DNA of 64,000 nt from assembly GCA_028534125.1 (NCBI GenBank), contig CM052817.1:33110001-33174000 (forward strand), in the 5' to 3' direction. A program made the position numbers and the translations under genes. This DNA is from Lama glama (lineage: Eukaryota). Positions 40,231 to 52,535 of the stretch are shown piece after piece. The notes below the pieces were generated by a model. It had not been told where the DNA came from. It searched no databases and saw only the letters and a list, made by a program, of their open reading frames with translations. Each line of letters begins with the position of its first letter. Positions within the stretch are counted from its first letter, which is position 1.

Positions 40231-42389
40231 GGGAACTTGTTTTAAGGTACTGTGGGACATCCAGGTGGAAACATCTGGTAGACAGTTGGATGTATGATTA
40301 TGGATTGCAGGACAGAAGTCTGGTGATCTGGGGATCATTAGCAAATGAGTGTCCTTGAGGTTGCTTAAAGACAGCATGAAAAAGACAGAAGACAATAAGG
40401 GTGATGGACAGATCTCTAAGCAACATTTCCAGGTCTGTGGAAGAAGGGAAGCCAGTGAGTGGAGTCATAAGGGAAACAAGTTTCAAAAAGAATAGAGTGG
40501 TCAACAGTGGCAAGTACCAAAGAAGGGAAAAGGGAGATGGAATATGAAAAAGAAAGGCTGGAAGAATATGATGCTAGGGTCAAAGAGACTAGCTCGGCCT
40601 CTAAAATTCAAGAAGGGAACAGTTCCAGGATATAATAAAATCCATGGGGTGGCCCTGAAGGCAGACTGCTGAAGTGGAGTGAATGAAGTTTGTAAGATAG
40701 TTAGATTCTAGGACGTCAAAAAACAGGCAAGCCAGATGTGCAAGTCACTCATAATGGTGCCAAGTGGTAAAAGAAAGGAAGACTGTGCACCCGACCCCCA
40801 GCATCATCTATGAATGAGGGGAGATGAAGAGAGAGGGGCAGAGGTGGTTAATGAGGAGGTATGCACTGACAAGGAGGAGGGTTTTCACAAGAAAGTGGGA
40901 CCATAACAGTCTGGTAGTGGCCCACCAGCGCCAGAGTTATAGCAATCCTATCTCCAGGCTTCACAGTACAACAGGATGAAGGAAAATGGTGGGCATGCAG
41001 TATAGAAGGATGAAGAGAAGTGCTGTTCTTGGAGAGAAATTAGGTTGCAGTTTCAGTGAATGAGTAGAGACATCCTTCTGCTAAAATAATGAGACTATGG
41101 GACATGTATATATAATGGAACAAGGCTATGAGTTAGGTGCAGAGTTAGAATGCAGATCTGAAGAAACTAGGAGGAAATAAGCACAGAGAATGTAAGGGAA
41201 TGATACTAAAAGAGTTGACAAAAAGTGACTCAGAATGAGATGTGGGGACCCCATAAAGTTGGACAGTGCACAACCTGTATGGCCACTTGCCACCCAAAGG
41301 GCTGCCAGATCATGAAGGGGCTTGTAGTTCATGTGGTGGGAAATTTGGATTGTATTTGATGTGTAACAGGAAGCTATTTAAGGGGTCTGTGTTACTTGAA
41401 TTGCTGTGTGGCAGTGGAGATGGAGAGAAGTAGACAGATTTGGGATATAGTTTATAGAAAGAACTAACAGGTCTTGCTAATGGGTTTTCATAGGCATGAG
41501 AAGGACTCAAGAGGGAAAGAGAGAAGCAAGGATGATTCTTTGGGTTTTGGCTAAACAACTGGTCGGTTGGTGGTTACTGAGAGTATGATGGAGAAGCCTG
41601 GGAGAGGATGGAAGTGGGAGAGGACAGGTTTGGGAGGGGAGCCCACAAGTTTTGTTTTGGGCATAAGTTTGACATACCTATTAAACATCCAAGAGAGGCA
41701 TGTGTAAAGCTTCAGAGTGAGCAGTTTGTCCTGAGCTCAAGGAGAAATTAAGAATGCAGACAGAAAGTTGGGAGTCATTGATACATATCACATGGACAGT
41801 GTTAAAAGTCATGCAACTGGATGGAATGACCTTGGTAGATAGGGTAAACAGAAATGAGAAGAAAAACCAGGAAAAAATCCATTTCTTGTGCTCAGATATT
41901 ATAGCAGAGTCAGATGAATTCTTGCTACAATTACATGTTTAAGATCATCAGATTTACCTTATTTAAATGTGATTTGTACTTTTCTGCCCTAAGTAGCCAG
42001 CAATTATTTCCTATTCTCATCAAATCAAGCATCTCTCCCTTCATCTCATTTCTAAGTCCTCCATATATATGATCAACCCTTAAGGATTTACCAAGCACTT
42101 TCCATTTGCTTGATATTGTGAGAGAGCATTTGGTAAATAAAAAAATTTTGTTTTCACCCTTAAAGAATGTGCAGTTTACAAACAGTGTAGATGTGAATGA
42201 GAGATGATAACAATTTTCCAGAAACAATTAGTGTTAAATAGAATTTAGTGTTAAAATATACCAGAATGCAGAGGAAGATAAATAACTGGGGCTTCATTCC
42301 TCACTTTAGTGTCTAGAGAGCAAAGAAAACTCTGCACATGTGCAGGTACTCAGATTGCTCAAAGAACAAAAGGCCTAAATCATAATATA

Positions 42390-43033
42390 TGTCGACAAAA
42401 ATAATCAGTAAGTGATCTATGATAGGAATAGAAAAGAATTTTATTTAAGCCAAACAGAGGACTGTAGACCAGAAGACAGGCTCTTGGATACCTCTGAGGA
42501 ACTGCTCCAAAGTAGCATAGTTTTCAGCACAGTTTTATCTTGTCAGAACAAAGAACATCAAACAAATCAGGATTATATTCCTTCAAGGTTTAAAAAAAAA
42601 AGATCAGTGGGTGCACAGAAAGTCAGTATGGCCTTGGCACCTGGGAATGGAGTCTTACCATCAAAGGAGGACCAGCACTGGTATCTTAGAAGTGGAGGCA
42701 TTTTATTTTTATTTTTAACATGGACATTCTTTACTTCTGATCAAGGTGTCCTTTCCTTTAATAATTAAAGCAGATATACAAAATCTGTTTGATAGGAAAT
42801 AAACAGGCTATTTTAGTTAGCATAAAATTCAAGTTAACTCACATATAAGACAGTGGATAGGGTTATATCTCAGTGGTAGAGTGCTCGCTTGGCATGCACA
42901 AGGTACTGGGTTCAATCCCCAGTACCTCCGTTAAGTGGAAAAACAAAACCAAAAAATAAAAACAAAACCACAAAACTCATGTGTAAGCCAGAATGACTTC
43001 CCCATACCTCAATATGTGAAAATTTCTTTATCA
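42390..43033 (-). mobile_element. Solo ERV LTR, probably class I, with an internal SINE insertion
   Basis: TG...CA termini flanked by a 4-bp TSD TATA (42386-42389 and 43034-43037). AATAAA on the minus strand at about 42440. Confidence 0.7.
42855..42973 (+). mobile_element. Short tRNA-derived SINE, camelid Vic-1-like
   Basis: GGTTATATCTCAGTGGTAGAGTGCTCGCTTGGCATGCACAAGGTACTGGGTTCAATCCCCAGTACCTCC plus A-rich tail. Degenerate TSD AACTCACATATAAGACAG / AACTCATGTGTAAGCCAG. Confidence 0.85.
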
Positions 43034-43430
43034 TATAGCACCAGCTCACCTCTAACTTGTCAGATGTTTTCACATTTAAAACCTCATTTTAGCTTTGTTA
43101 TCCTTCCAAGAAGTGGGTATAAAATGCTATTTTAATATATCGATTTACTGATGAGAAAACTGAGGAACATTGAAGGGACATAACTAAAGTTGGCAGTGAA
43201 TAGCACAGTTGGGCCTAAATGCCATATCTATTTAAAACACATTTATGAGAACTTACTATCTACTAAACACTGAGCAAGGCACTTTTTACCTCTTGTCATC
43301 ATTTTAATCATCAACTACTAAGCACTCCCTTTCAGTACTTCTCAGAGACAGATGCATTAAAAGTGATACTTTGTTGTTTCAGGGTTTTTGGTTTTTGTTT
43401 TTTGTTTTTTTGGCAGGAACCAACAGATCA

Positions 43431-43432
<2 letters not shown>

Positions 43433-43465
<33 letters not shown>
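43433..43465. repeat. (CA)16 microsatellite
   Basis: Read directly from the sequence. Confidence 0.95.
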
Positions 43466-43469
<4 letters not shown>

Positions 43470-45999
43470 ATGGGAAACAAATATAATCAGAATATATGGA
43501 GAATTGTAGTTTGGTAAGGTCATAATTTTATATAATATCTTCAAGCTACCTATCTTTGAAATCTCCCCTGGTGGGAGATAAAGACACCCTTAACTAAGGA
43601 AGCTTATCAAGGCAAGAAACTCAGATTGGAAGCAAAGAAGGAAGAGGTCTTTGAAGAGTTATTATTAGTGGTTTATGGGCTTCTTTGCTTGTGAACATCT
43701 TCGTTTTCAAAGCTTAGCTCAAATGCTACCTCTACCATGAAGGCGATTCTGATGCATCAATTATTATTCATCAGTTCAGTTCAGTTTAAGTAATGCCTTA
43801 AAGGACAAGCTCATTTCAGGCAGCATAAAGAGGCTGGCTCCTCATCATCAGGCAATTGGTTCTCCCATAAAACCACCAAAGGACTCATGGAATGATAAGT
43901 AGAAAGATAAATAGACAGAACTGTGAGTGATTGCCTTACAATACTCTCAAGCAGAATGTAAAATCTTCATTTCATTACTGTCAGTAGTGGCCAAGAAAAT
44001 CTGCTGCGTGTTACACACCATATCAGAAAGTAGAATGACATGTAAGAAGATACCCTGTTTGAGGGAGGACTTGGAGAAGAGTCTTATGGAAACAGGGAAA
44101 AGATATGTAGTCAGGTAATTATTATATGATGTGATAGACACATGCCATAGTGTGTAGAATGAAGTGATTAGCTCTACACTACCCACCTCCCAATAATCCT
44201 AACCTCATCTATATATCCTCTCACTCCCTCACTTCACTCCAGCTTTGGCTTCCTTGAATTCACCAAGTATGCTTCTGCCTCAGGGCCTTTGTACTTCCTA
44301 TTCTCTGTCTGGTAGGGCTTCTCCCAGAAATCCACAATGGATACTTCTCTCTATTCTACTTCTCTTGTACCACCTCATTAGAGTCACTTTCCCTGACCCC
44401 TTGATATAAGATTGCACCTTACCCCTCTTCATCATTCCACTTTGGGTTCCCCGTCCTGCTTACTCTTCTTCATAATACTTATCACCGTTTGACATATTGT
44501 ACATTTATATGTTTATATTCTGTTTCCCTTGGGATGAAAGCTTCACAAAGGGGAGGACTGTTTTACTCATTGCTGAATCTACATAGCTTAGAAGAGTCCT
44601 TGGCACTTGGTAGACCTCTCCCCCATGAAATACTTATAGAATAAATAAATGGGATTCAGGAAAGATTTCACAGAGTTGACTATATCTCAACAGAGTTTAG
44701 AAGTATGCAAGGAATTATACTCTGTAGATAAGGGAGACTGAAATAGCAACAGAGGAGTGTTCAAAGGTAAGGGGGATTAAAACGACATGATTTGTTTAAA
44801 TAACATGAGATAGTGTGGCACTGGTGTTATGTAAACGTTTTGTTTGTGCTTCTATTACAACAGACCCACTTTTCCCTTGTAGGAGAGTTTACTGTTTATG
44901 ACCCTTCTGACTCCTCTCAATAAACTGAGAGCTCTTTAAGAGCAGGGACTATGTTTTACTCATACCTTTATTTTCTAAGTTCTTAAACAGCAGATATTCA
45001 ATACTTGTTAAATAAATAAATGAAAAACATTATTTATTGACTGGAGAGCAAGTAAACCCATTATTGATTTGTAAAACTAGAATGGCTTTCTTTCTATTGA
45101 AAAGCAAGCATCTTGTTTGAACACTTTAGAATGGAGACAGACTTTAGAGATCATTTAACTCAGCTTTCCCATTTTATAGATGATTGACATAGAGAGATTG
45201 ACTTGAGTTCATGCTACTACTTGGTAGTTATGGTTAAGAACTAGAAAATCATTTTTGACCCATCCTATGTGATCTCCTTGGAGGATGTGTTCTCAAAAGT
45301 AGCCCCAAAGTTGTTAAATACTTCACACTTAATGATCTATCTTGAAGAGAAACATGTACAAACCTGCAAGAAGTCATTTACAAGGCTCTTCATTGTAGTT
45401 GTTTTTTCCTTTGTGACAGTGAAAAGGTGAAAGCAATCTAAATGTACATCAATAGGTAAATAGCCATATTCATTTTGTGATAGCCATGCTATGGAATATT
45501 ATGAAAGCACTTAAAAATGTATATACTTTGACGTTCAAGAACATGGAAAAGATCTTCAAGACATTGCTGAGCTTAAAAAAAAAAAAGCAATCCACACAAT
45601 GGTACCTACAGTATTGTACCCTTTAATACTCGTTAACCTCAAGTACTTCCACCAAAACAATACACATGAACAAAATACGTAGAAAATTTCATAATGCTGC
45701 ACATAAAATAGAAAAACGAGGGCTATTTCTGGAAAGGAGGGTAACGGATGAGAGTGTCTTTGACTTTTTAATAAGGAGAATGAACTATTTATTAGTTTGA
45801 CTTTTGTTTGCTGTTAAAACTAATTTTTCAAGAAAGTGAGCACGAATTATTATTTCTTCTCCAATGAGAAATAGGGGACTGATGAGGTAATGATTCTGTA
45901 TCAAGTCAGATACAACACGTAAAGAATGAAACAAGGCCTTGCGAAAGATGAAGAAAAAAACCCGGCAGAAAACAGAAACAATGCATGAAGAGCGGAGAG

Positions 46000-46830
46000 G
46001 AACAATGGCGTGCCCTCCAGCAAGAGCAATACGGATTATTAGAGGAAAGGTTGGGGGAGGGGAACCCTAGCCGACGCATGACGTCACGGGAGAAGCCACG
46101 CTAAAACAGCGGAGCGAGATTCCTTGAGGGCGGGGCCGACTAAGAGGCGCATGCGCAACCAGGCTCAGGTGGACGCCACGGAAGTGAAGCCACCTAGAGA
46201 CGCCGCGCCGCAGGAGTGCTGCTGCGCGTGCGCGTGCGCGAGCGGAGCGGCGCCGGAGTCTTTTTTGCCGCCTCCGCCGCCGCGGCTGCCGTGTCCCTTG
46301 GATTTGAGTCTCCAGCATTCTTCGTTTGCTCGCCGGCGGGTTCGCGCCCCTCTCGAGCCCCCGGGCAGCGAGGCTGGGGAAGGGGTTGGAGGGGGCTGTT
46401 GATCTCCGCCTTTAAGTTGTGCTTGGGGCGGCCATGTCGGCCGGCGAGGTCGAGCGCCTAGTGTCGGAGCTGAGCGGCGGGACCGGAGGGGATGAGGAGG
46501 AAGAGTGGCTCTATGGCGGTACGGAACTTCCTGTCCCTTCTCTCCCGGGTTCTCTCAGGCCTCCCCTCCCGTCCGCAGACGGCCGGCGTCCCGGGCCCTT
46601 CACGCTGCCGTCTGGGGCCTCCAGTACGGAGCCTTATCCGGCCTGCCTTAGGCCGAGCGCGGCGTGTTCGTCCCCCGCCCCTCTCTGCCTCCTCCCGCCC
46701 AGCCCACGCCCCCAACACGCACCCACCCCGCGGCCACCGGGTCGGGGCTTGGCCGGGGGCGCGGGCGCGGGGACCCCAGCCTCGCCCTCCTCCCCTCGGC
46801 GCTTCCCGGCCGCTTCGCCTTCGCGCTCTT
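46000..46830 (+). promoter_or_regulatory. FIP1L1 CpG island and housekeeping-type promoter
   Basis: Very GC- and CpG-rich. Perfect CRE TGACGTCA 46079-46086, GC box 46128-46136, NRF1 palindrome GCGCATGCGC 46147-46156, ETS CGGAAGT 46179-46185, NRF1-like TGCGCGTGCGCGTGCGC 46223-46239. No TATA box seen. Boundaries approximate. Confidence 0.85.
46434..46518 (+). CDS. FIP1L1: FIP1L1 (pre-mRNA 3'-end-processing factor FIP1, CPSF subunit) coding exon 1, 85 nt
   Basis: GCCATGT start; translation [28 protein letters not shown]; donor GCG|GTACGG. Confidence 0.96.
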
Positions 46831-47654
46831 TCCTCTTGTTTTTTTATATCGATTCTGAGCTGTGTTGGTGTGTCTCTTGCCCCTTGACTGTAGGATGCCC
46901 TTCCTGTTCCCAGAAACAGTCATTCTGTAATAATAGCTAAATAAAGTTGATGCTGTAAAACTAACGTCTTGTTTCTTGATGGTCAGTTTGTATGGAATGC
47001 ACCTGCAAGGGTACCTCCTTGTCTGAAAGTCGTGCTTTAAAAATAATTAATTAAAAGAGAGAGAAAGAAAAAGATGGAATACATTATGGCCCATAAAGAA
47101 AACCCCGAGTGTCTCCTGTATTAAGGTGAAGTTTTTATTTTTTAAGAGACTGCTCTTTAACCCACATCATAAAAGTACCTCATGTCCCTTACTTAGGCTT
47201 ATAGTTTTCAGTATCTCATGTATACCTTTTTCATAAAATAATTTTACTGCCCTCTTGAAAGGGGTTTTTTGACATCTGGTTTTTAACTGCCATTAAGTCA
47301 TAGTCCCCTCTGTATGGAAAGTTAATGTTTGTTCCTTGCCTGAAATGCATATTCTTGATTGTCTTTAGTATAGTACAAATGCACGTTTGGACGCCGTGCA
47401 GCTTCTTGGTGATGTGTCTTCGACAAACTGATTTTTGATAAACTTGTAAAATACATTTTCTTTGGTGGCAAGATTAGTAATACTCTGAAATGTAAATGTG
47501 TAGGGTTTCTTTTACAAAGATCTAGAAATTTTTAATACTTCTTAAGCTTTTTTTTAATAGAAGTAAAGTCTGATTTTTTAATTTATTTTTCATAAAAGAC
47601 ATATTTTGTTAAGTCATTCATTATAAGGTGATCTAACTTTGGATGTGCTTATAG

Positions 47655-47699
47655 GCCCATGGGACGTGCATGTGCACAGTGATTTGGCAAAGGACCTAG
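47655..47699 (+). CDS. FIP1L1: FIP1L1 exon 2, 45 nt, symmetric phase 1-1 cassette
   Basis: ATAG|GCCCATGG...GACCTAG|GTTAGT; encodes (G)PWDVHVHSDLAKDL. Confidence 0.9.
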   Translation, partial: AHGTCMCTVIWQRT

Positions 47700-47802
47700 G
47701 TTAGTGCTTGTGATGATCACTTCAGATTTTCATAATACTGGTTTCTTTAAGAGTGGTTTGTTTGTTAATTTTATTTATTTATTTATGTATTTTTTTTGGT
47801 AG

Positions 47803-47842
47803 ATGAAAATGAAGTTGAAAGGCCAGAAGAAGAAAATGCCAG
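47803..47842 (+). CDS. FIP1L1: FIP1L1 exon 3, 40 nt
   Basis: T-rich tract then GTAG|ATG; encodes (D)ENEVERPEEENA; donor CAG|GTTAGT. Confidence 0.93.
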
Positions 47843-48524
47843 GTTAGTGAAATTTCATGATGATTGTGTGGTACTTGTACAATGGCTCTATCGCCAAATT
47901 GTCAGAATTATTTCATTGTAGTCATTGGATTGATTACATTTTGACTGAAGTGTTGGGAGACATTTCATCCTTTAGAGTGTATTCTGTTTCAGGTCCAAAT
48001 TTTATACCAAATCTGTTTATTTGGTAGTAGCCTAGGGAACAACAAGTTTTTGAAGTAAGGGTTTGAATATTTTTCACTATTAAATAACTTTGGACTCTTA
48101 AGTGAGCTCAATAGTGGAGTATACAGGATATAACTTAGACTATTAGGAAAAAACTTTTAACTTAAACTTTTTAAAAATAAGTAATTCTTTGGGTAACTAC
48201 TTTTACAACTTCTTAAATATTTTTGATGGTGTAATGTACTTTGGTTATAATTTGAATGTTTTGTAGTTATTTAAAATTCAAAGTGGAAGTAATGAATTTG
48301 TTATAAGATTGATTGCCTCCGTTAGATTACTAGAGAAGTCTGAGTATAATTTACAGAGCACGTAGAGGGAGCCAGAAAGTTATTTTAAATTTCATAACAA
48401 GTCATGCATATAAGCACATAGATATGCTGACATTACACTGAGCAGATGCTTTAGTGTCTTATAATGGGGAAGGGGTTTTTACAAAAAGGGCTTTTAAGGA
48501 ATATTTGCGTTTATAAAGAGAAGG

Positions 48525-49255
48525 AAATACCACTTCACAACAGCTAAGGTGGCTGTAGTCAGAAAGAGAGGTAGTAACAGGTGTTGAAGATAGGGAGAAC
48601 TTGGTACCCTTATATACTGATGATAGGATTATAAAGTGGTGCAGCTACTGTGGAAAACAGTTTGATAGTTCCTCAAAAGGTTAAACATACAGCTACCATA
48701 TGATCCAGGAATTCTAGTCCTAGATATATTCCTTAGAGAAATTAAAACATACATCACACAAACACTTTATGTGAATGTTCATAGCAGCATTATTCATAAT
48801 AGCCAAAAATTGGAAATAACCCAAGGGTCCGTCAAATGATGAGTGGACATTTAGAAAAGTAGTGTATCCATACAGTGAAATACTGTCTGGCAGTTATAAA
48901 GAAATGAAGTATGATACATGGTAGAACATGGATGAATCTTGAAAACATTATACTAAGTGAAAGAAGCCAGTCATGAAGGACTCCATATTTTATTTCTAAT
49001 TATATTAGATGTGCAGAATAGGTGAATACAGAAGGCAGTGATTGCCAGGACAGGAAAACGGAGAGCAACTACATATATATACTACATATATATATAAGGT
49101 TTCTTTTTGGGATGATGAAAATGTTCTGGAAATTAGATAGTTGTGAGAGTTGCACTGTTCTGTGAACATACTTAAAAACTTTTCAGTTGTACACTTCAAG
49201 TGAGTGGATTGTATGGTATATGAATTATGTTACAAAACTGTTATTTTAAAAAAAG
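48525..49255 (+). mobile_element. L1MB-like 3' portion in FIP1L1 intron 3
   Basis: TACCACTTCAC...GTGGTGCAGCTACTGTGGAAAACAGTTTG...AACATGGATGAATCTTGAAAACATTAT...GATGAAAATGTTCTGGAA. Confidence 0.8.
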
Positions 49256-50932
49256 TGAATGGAGGGAAGAAGTGAGAAGTGAAGTAGAAATAACTTAGGG
49301 GTTGTTGAAATTAGAGTTTTCTTCCTCACTTAAAAATATCCCCTATATTGAAAGTTTTTTTTTTTTTTAGCATTGCTGTATCATCTGAAATCTTGTCATT
49401 TAGTTTTGAAATGTATATATCCAACCCCTTATCTCAGTTAACCATAGAGTTGGGATTTGTATAGTTTATAGTTATGAAAGTAGTTAAATATTTTTTCATA
49501 TCCTGTTTAAGCCCAAGAAATTAATTATAATAATAATACCCACATTTTTGTGAACTAACTTTTTTTCTATTTTGTTAATATTAGTTCTTGGCTATGATTC
49601 TGAAAGCTTATTTTCTGATTAAACATTCCTTAATTTTAATTCCTCAATATACAGCTTGATTAAATTGATTGGAGAGGAACCCTTCTACTTTCCCCATCAC
49701 TGAAAAAATTCCTTTATTTCCTTTATATTCCTTATTAACACTTTATTTGGAAAGAAATTATTTCATCCAAAGGAAAAGATGTACCCTTAAAATTTTATTT
49801 TTCTAGAAAAAGCCTATAATTTTGTGTTTCTAGCATTTTAATGGTAATACAGAATTAAAACTTTTAAAAGTCTATTAGGGGAGAGAGCTCTGCCAAACCT
49901 GTTTTCTAGTATCCAGTGTGGTACACACTGCATTGCCCTATTGAGCCAACTGCATACGATTACAGTTTTCCCCAGCTTCTTTGTGACTGGCCCATTATTA
50001 AAACTGTTCTTAACCATTGCATTGCAGTGTCTCTAATTGTCATGTTTTATTTATCCAACTTTTGGATGACATACTTCCGTTTTGTGGCATAAAAAGCAAC
50101 TCAGCTTGTTCCTGAGAAATGTAGTGAAGAGTTATAGTTGCATGTAGGTTTCTTGGGTAAAGCAGTAGCGCAATGAAAATTTAAGAGAAAAGTTAGAATA
50201 TACTGTAGTACTGTAATACTAGAAGTTGAATTTCATGGTTGATGGCCATATGCTTGCATCTCATGAGAATGAGAGTGATTATTGTTATAAAAAAATTTTG
50301 CTGCAACAGGGTGTTTGCCTGTTAAGTATTAACTGGCCTTAAAAAAGTGATTATAGTTTTAATGCATAGAAATTAGGTCTAGAGCTCCTAGTATCATGTT
50401 GAGAGGCAGCCTTATATGAAGATAAACAACAAAGAATATGTAGTCAGTAAGATTGATGAAATAGAAAACCAGGAAGAAGCATGTGTGTTAACTGAATACT
50501 GAGTTAATGTGGTAATACCACAAATCTGAGTTCCTTGAGCACCACTGAAAACGGGCAACTGTGTGTTACATAGCCTTTATCAGTTCCCAGCGTACCTGGA
50601 TGTTCAGCAGTTTTAGGATAAGTAAAATTGATTAAGTGTGATGCATATTTTGAAAATGTAAAAAACCCAACACCCCACCATCAGATTGCACATTTGACAT
50701 CATTAAATTGTGGAGGCAATTCCATTTTTCTTCGAGTGTTGAATATTCATGTTTTACGTAAGGCATTAAGAACAGCGGAGTGAGACAAGTAGTTTCTACC
50801 GTCTTTTTTTCTTATCGTCCAATGGAGACAGTAATTTCGGGAAACTGTATCAGACATAGCTTAAAAATGCTAGTATGCTATGTCTGTACTTCAGAAAAGT
50901 AATAGACGTGTACTTGTTTTTGTTGTTTCTAG

Positions 50933-50990
50933 TGCTAATCCTCCATCTGGAGTTGAAGATGAAACTGCTGAAAACGGCGTACCTAAACCG
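50933..50990 (+). CDS. FIP1L1: FIP1L1 exon 4, 58 nt
   Basis: TTTCTAG|TGC; encodes (S)[19 protein letters not shown]; donor CCG|GTAACA. Confidence 0.93.
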
Positions 50991-52115
50991 GTAACATAAG
51001 GCTTTGAGATCTGGTTACTTCTCTATTTAAAATCCTTATCTGTAGTTTCCCATTCGCTTAGAAAGAATACCAAAATTTAACGTGACTTTCAATATTTTGC
51101 ATGATCTGCCCCCCTTTTATATTTCCTGTGTCATCTGGTGCCATCAAAAAAGCTTAACCATGAGAAGAAATAGTGGGAGGAGACTTCAGATGAAATAGAG
51201 TATGTGCAAAGGCTTGATATTTATTACTTTAACTTTCAAGGAACCAAGTGGTTGTAGATCAACTAGATAGATCACAGTGAACCTGGTTTTCAAAGCAAAC
51301 ACTGAATCTTGCAACTTAAGTTTGATTGTCACGTTTTTTAGCAATTTTCTTTTTTTATATATAAGTGACGTCTGACTTCATACTGTTAAAAGTGATGTTT
51401 TGGGTGTGAACAAATCATTGGTCCCCATGAGTATTTTAACAGTTTAGTCTTGTGAAAAGGAGGACATTGTTACTCTGCAAACTTGAACTTGCATACAAAA
51501 AATTGTTTAGCCTAGGTGATCTACTTTTTAAATTTACTATTATGTGACTAAGCATAGAACAGCCTTTTAGAGCCAAAAGAAAATCTTCATAAATGGCCCT
51601 ACTTTTACTCAGAATCAAAGTATTCCCTCAGTCATTTGCATGCAGGACTTCTTTTACATGTAAATGAATGCCAGGAATAAGTGAGCTATTTCTTAACTAT
51701 TTGGTACTTTTAGCCATGACACTGTGACTCTTTAAGTTAATTGTTTTCCTCTTACCTTCATGTTCTTTTTGCTAAGAATGCCTCAAATACTTTTTAAAAA
51801 ATAATTTTATCTTCTAGATATTTTAGTACATTGCTTTAGATCTTTTTTTGCAAGAGAGAGTTATAAATAGCAGGGGGAAAATGAGGTGTTATTTACAAAA
51901 AGATGTTGACTGAAATAAGGTTTTACTTTACATTCCTATCCATTTTTATCATGTAAAACATCAAAATTGTAAATGAGTTGAAATAGCTAGCAGCACTGTA
52001 ACTTTTTCCTCTAAAACTAGCTCAAAAAATGCAAACTGGTTACCTTTTCAGTTATTCATATTAAATGTTGAAATGGATTATTGAGTGTATTTTATGATTG
52101 TTTATATTGGTATAG

Positions 52116-52219
52116 AAAGTGACTGAGACTGAAGATGATAGTGATAGTGACAGTGATGATGATGAGGATGACGTTCATGTCACTATAGGAGACATTAAAA
52201 CGGGAGCACCACAGTATGG
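52116..52219 (+). CDS. FIP1L1: FIP1L1 exon 5, 104 nt, acidic region
   Basis: TATAG|AAA; encodes [34 protein letters not shown]; donor TGG|GTAAGT. Confidence 0.95.
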
Positions 52220-52354
52220 GTAAGTTGTTTTTAAGTAACAACTGCGTGCTTAAATCGAAGGCAGTATGCCTCTGTCAATTAGTGGTTGATTCCATTGTTT
52301 TTACATTCTTCCATCTTACCATGATATGAAAGGACTTGTTAAAATTTCAACTAA

Positions 52355-52535
52355 TGAGTCGCTGAGAGAGTAAGTAAAAGTTCTCATCACAAGTGAAAAA
52401 CATTTGTAACTGTGTGGTAATGGGTGCTAACTAAACTTACGATAATCATTTTGCAATTTTTATATATATATATCAAATTATTGTTACACACCTAAAATTA
52501 GTACAGTGTTATATATCAGTTACATCTCATGATAA
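52355..52535 (+). mobile_element. Short L1 3' end fragment
   Basis: GCTGAGAGAGTA...AGTTCTCATCACAAG...TTTGTAACTGTGTG...ATCATTTTGCAAT...ACACCTAAAATT. Confidence 0.6.

Noticed and set aside
42855..42930. tRNA-like sequences here and at 11770-11852
   Set aside because: A-rich tails, TSDs and degenerate stems identify them as SINEs, not tRNA genes.
46067..46940. Cluster of Pro/Arg/Gly-rich ORFs, including the 173-aa ORF
   Set aside because: Stop-poor CpG island sequence; only 46434-46518 is real coding sequence.
49895..50040. Acceptor-like TGTTTTCTAG, a 7-bp hairpin (CAGTGTG-GTA-CACACTG) and ATTAAA in FIP1L1 intron 3, as a possible alternative last exon or small RNA
   Set aside because: Each signal is short and expected by chance; no clear donor and no snoRNA box architecture.
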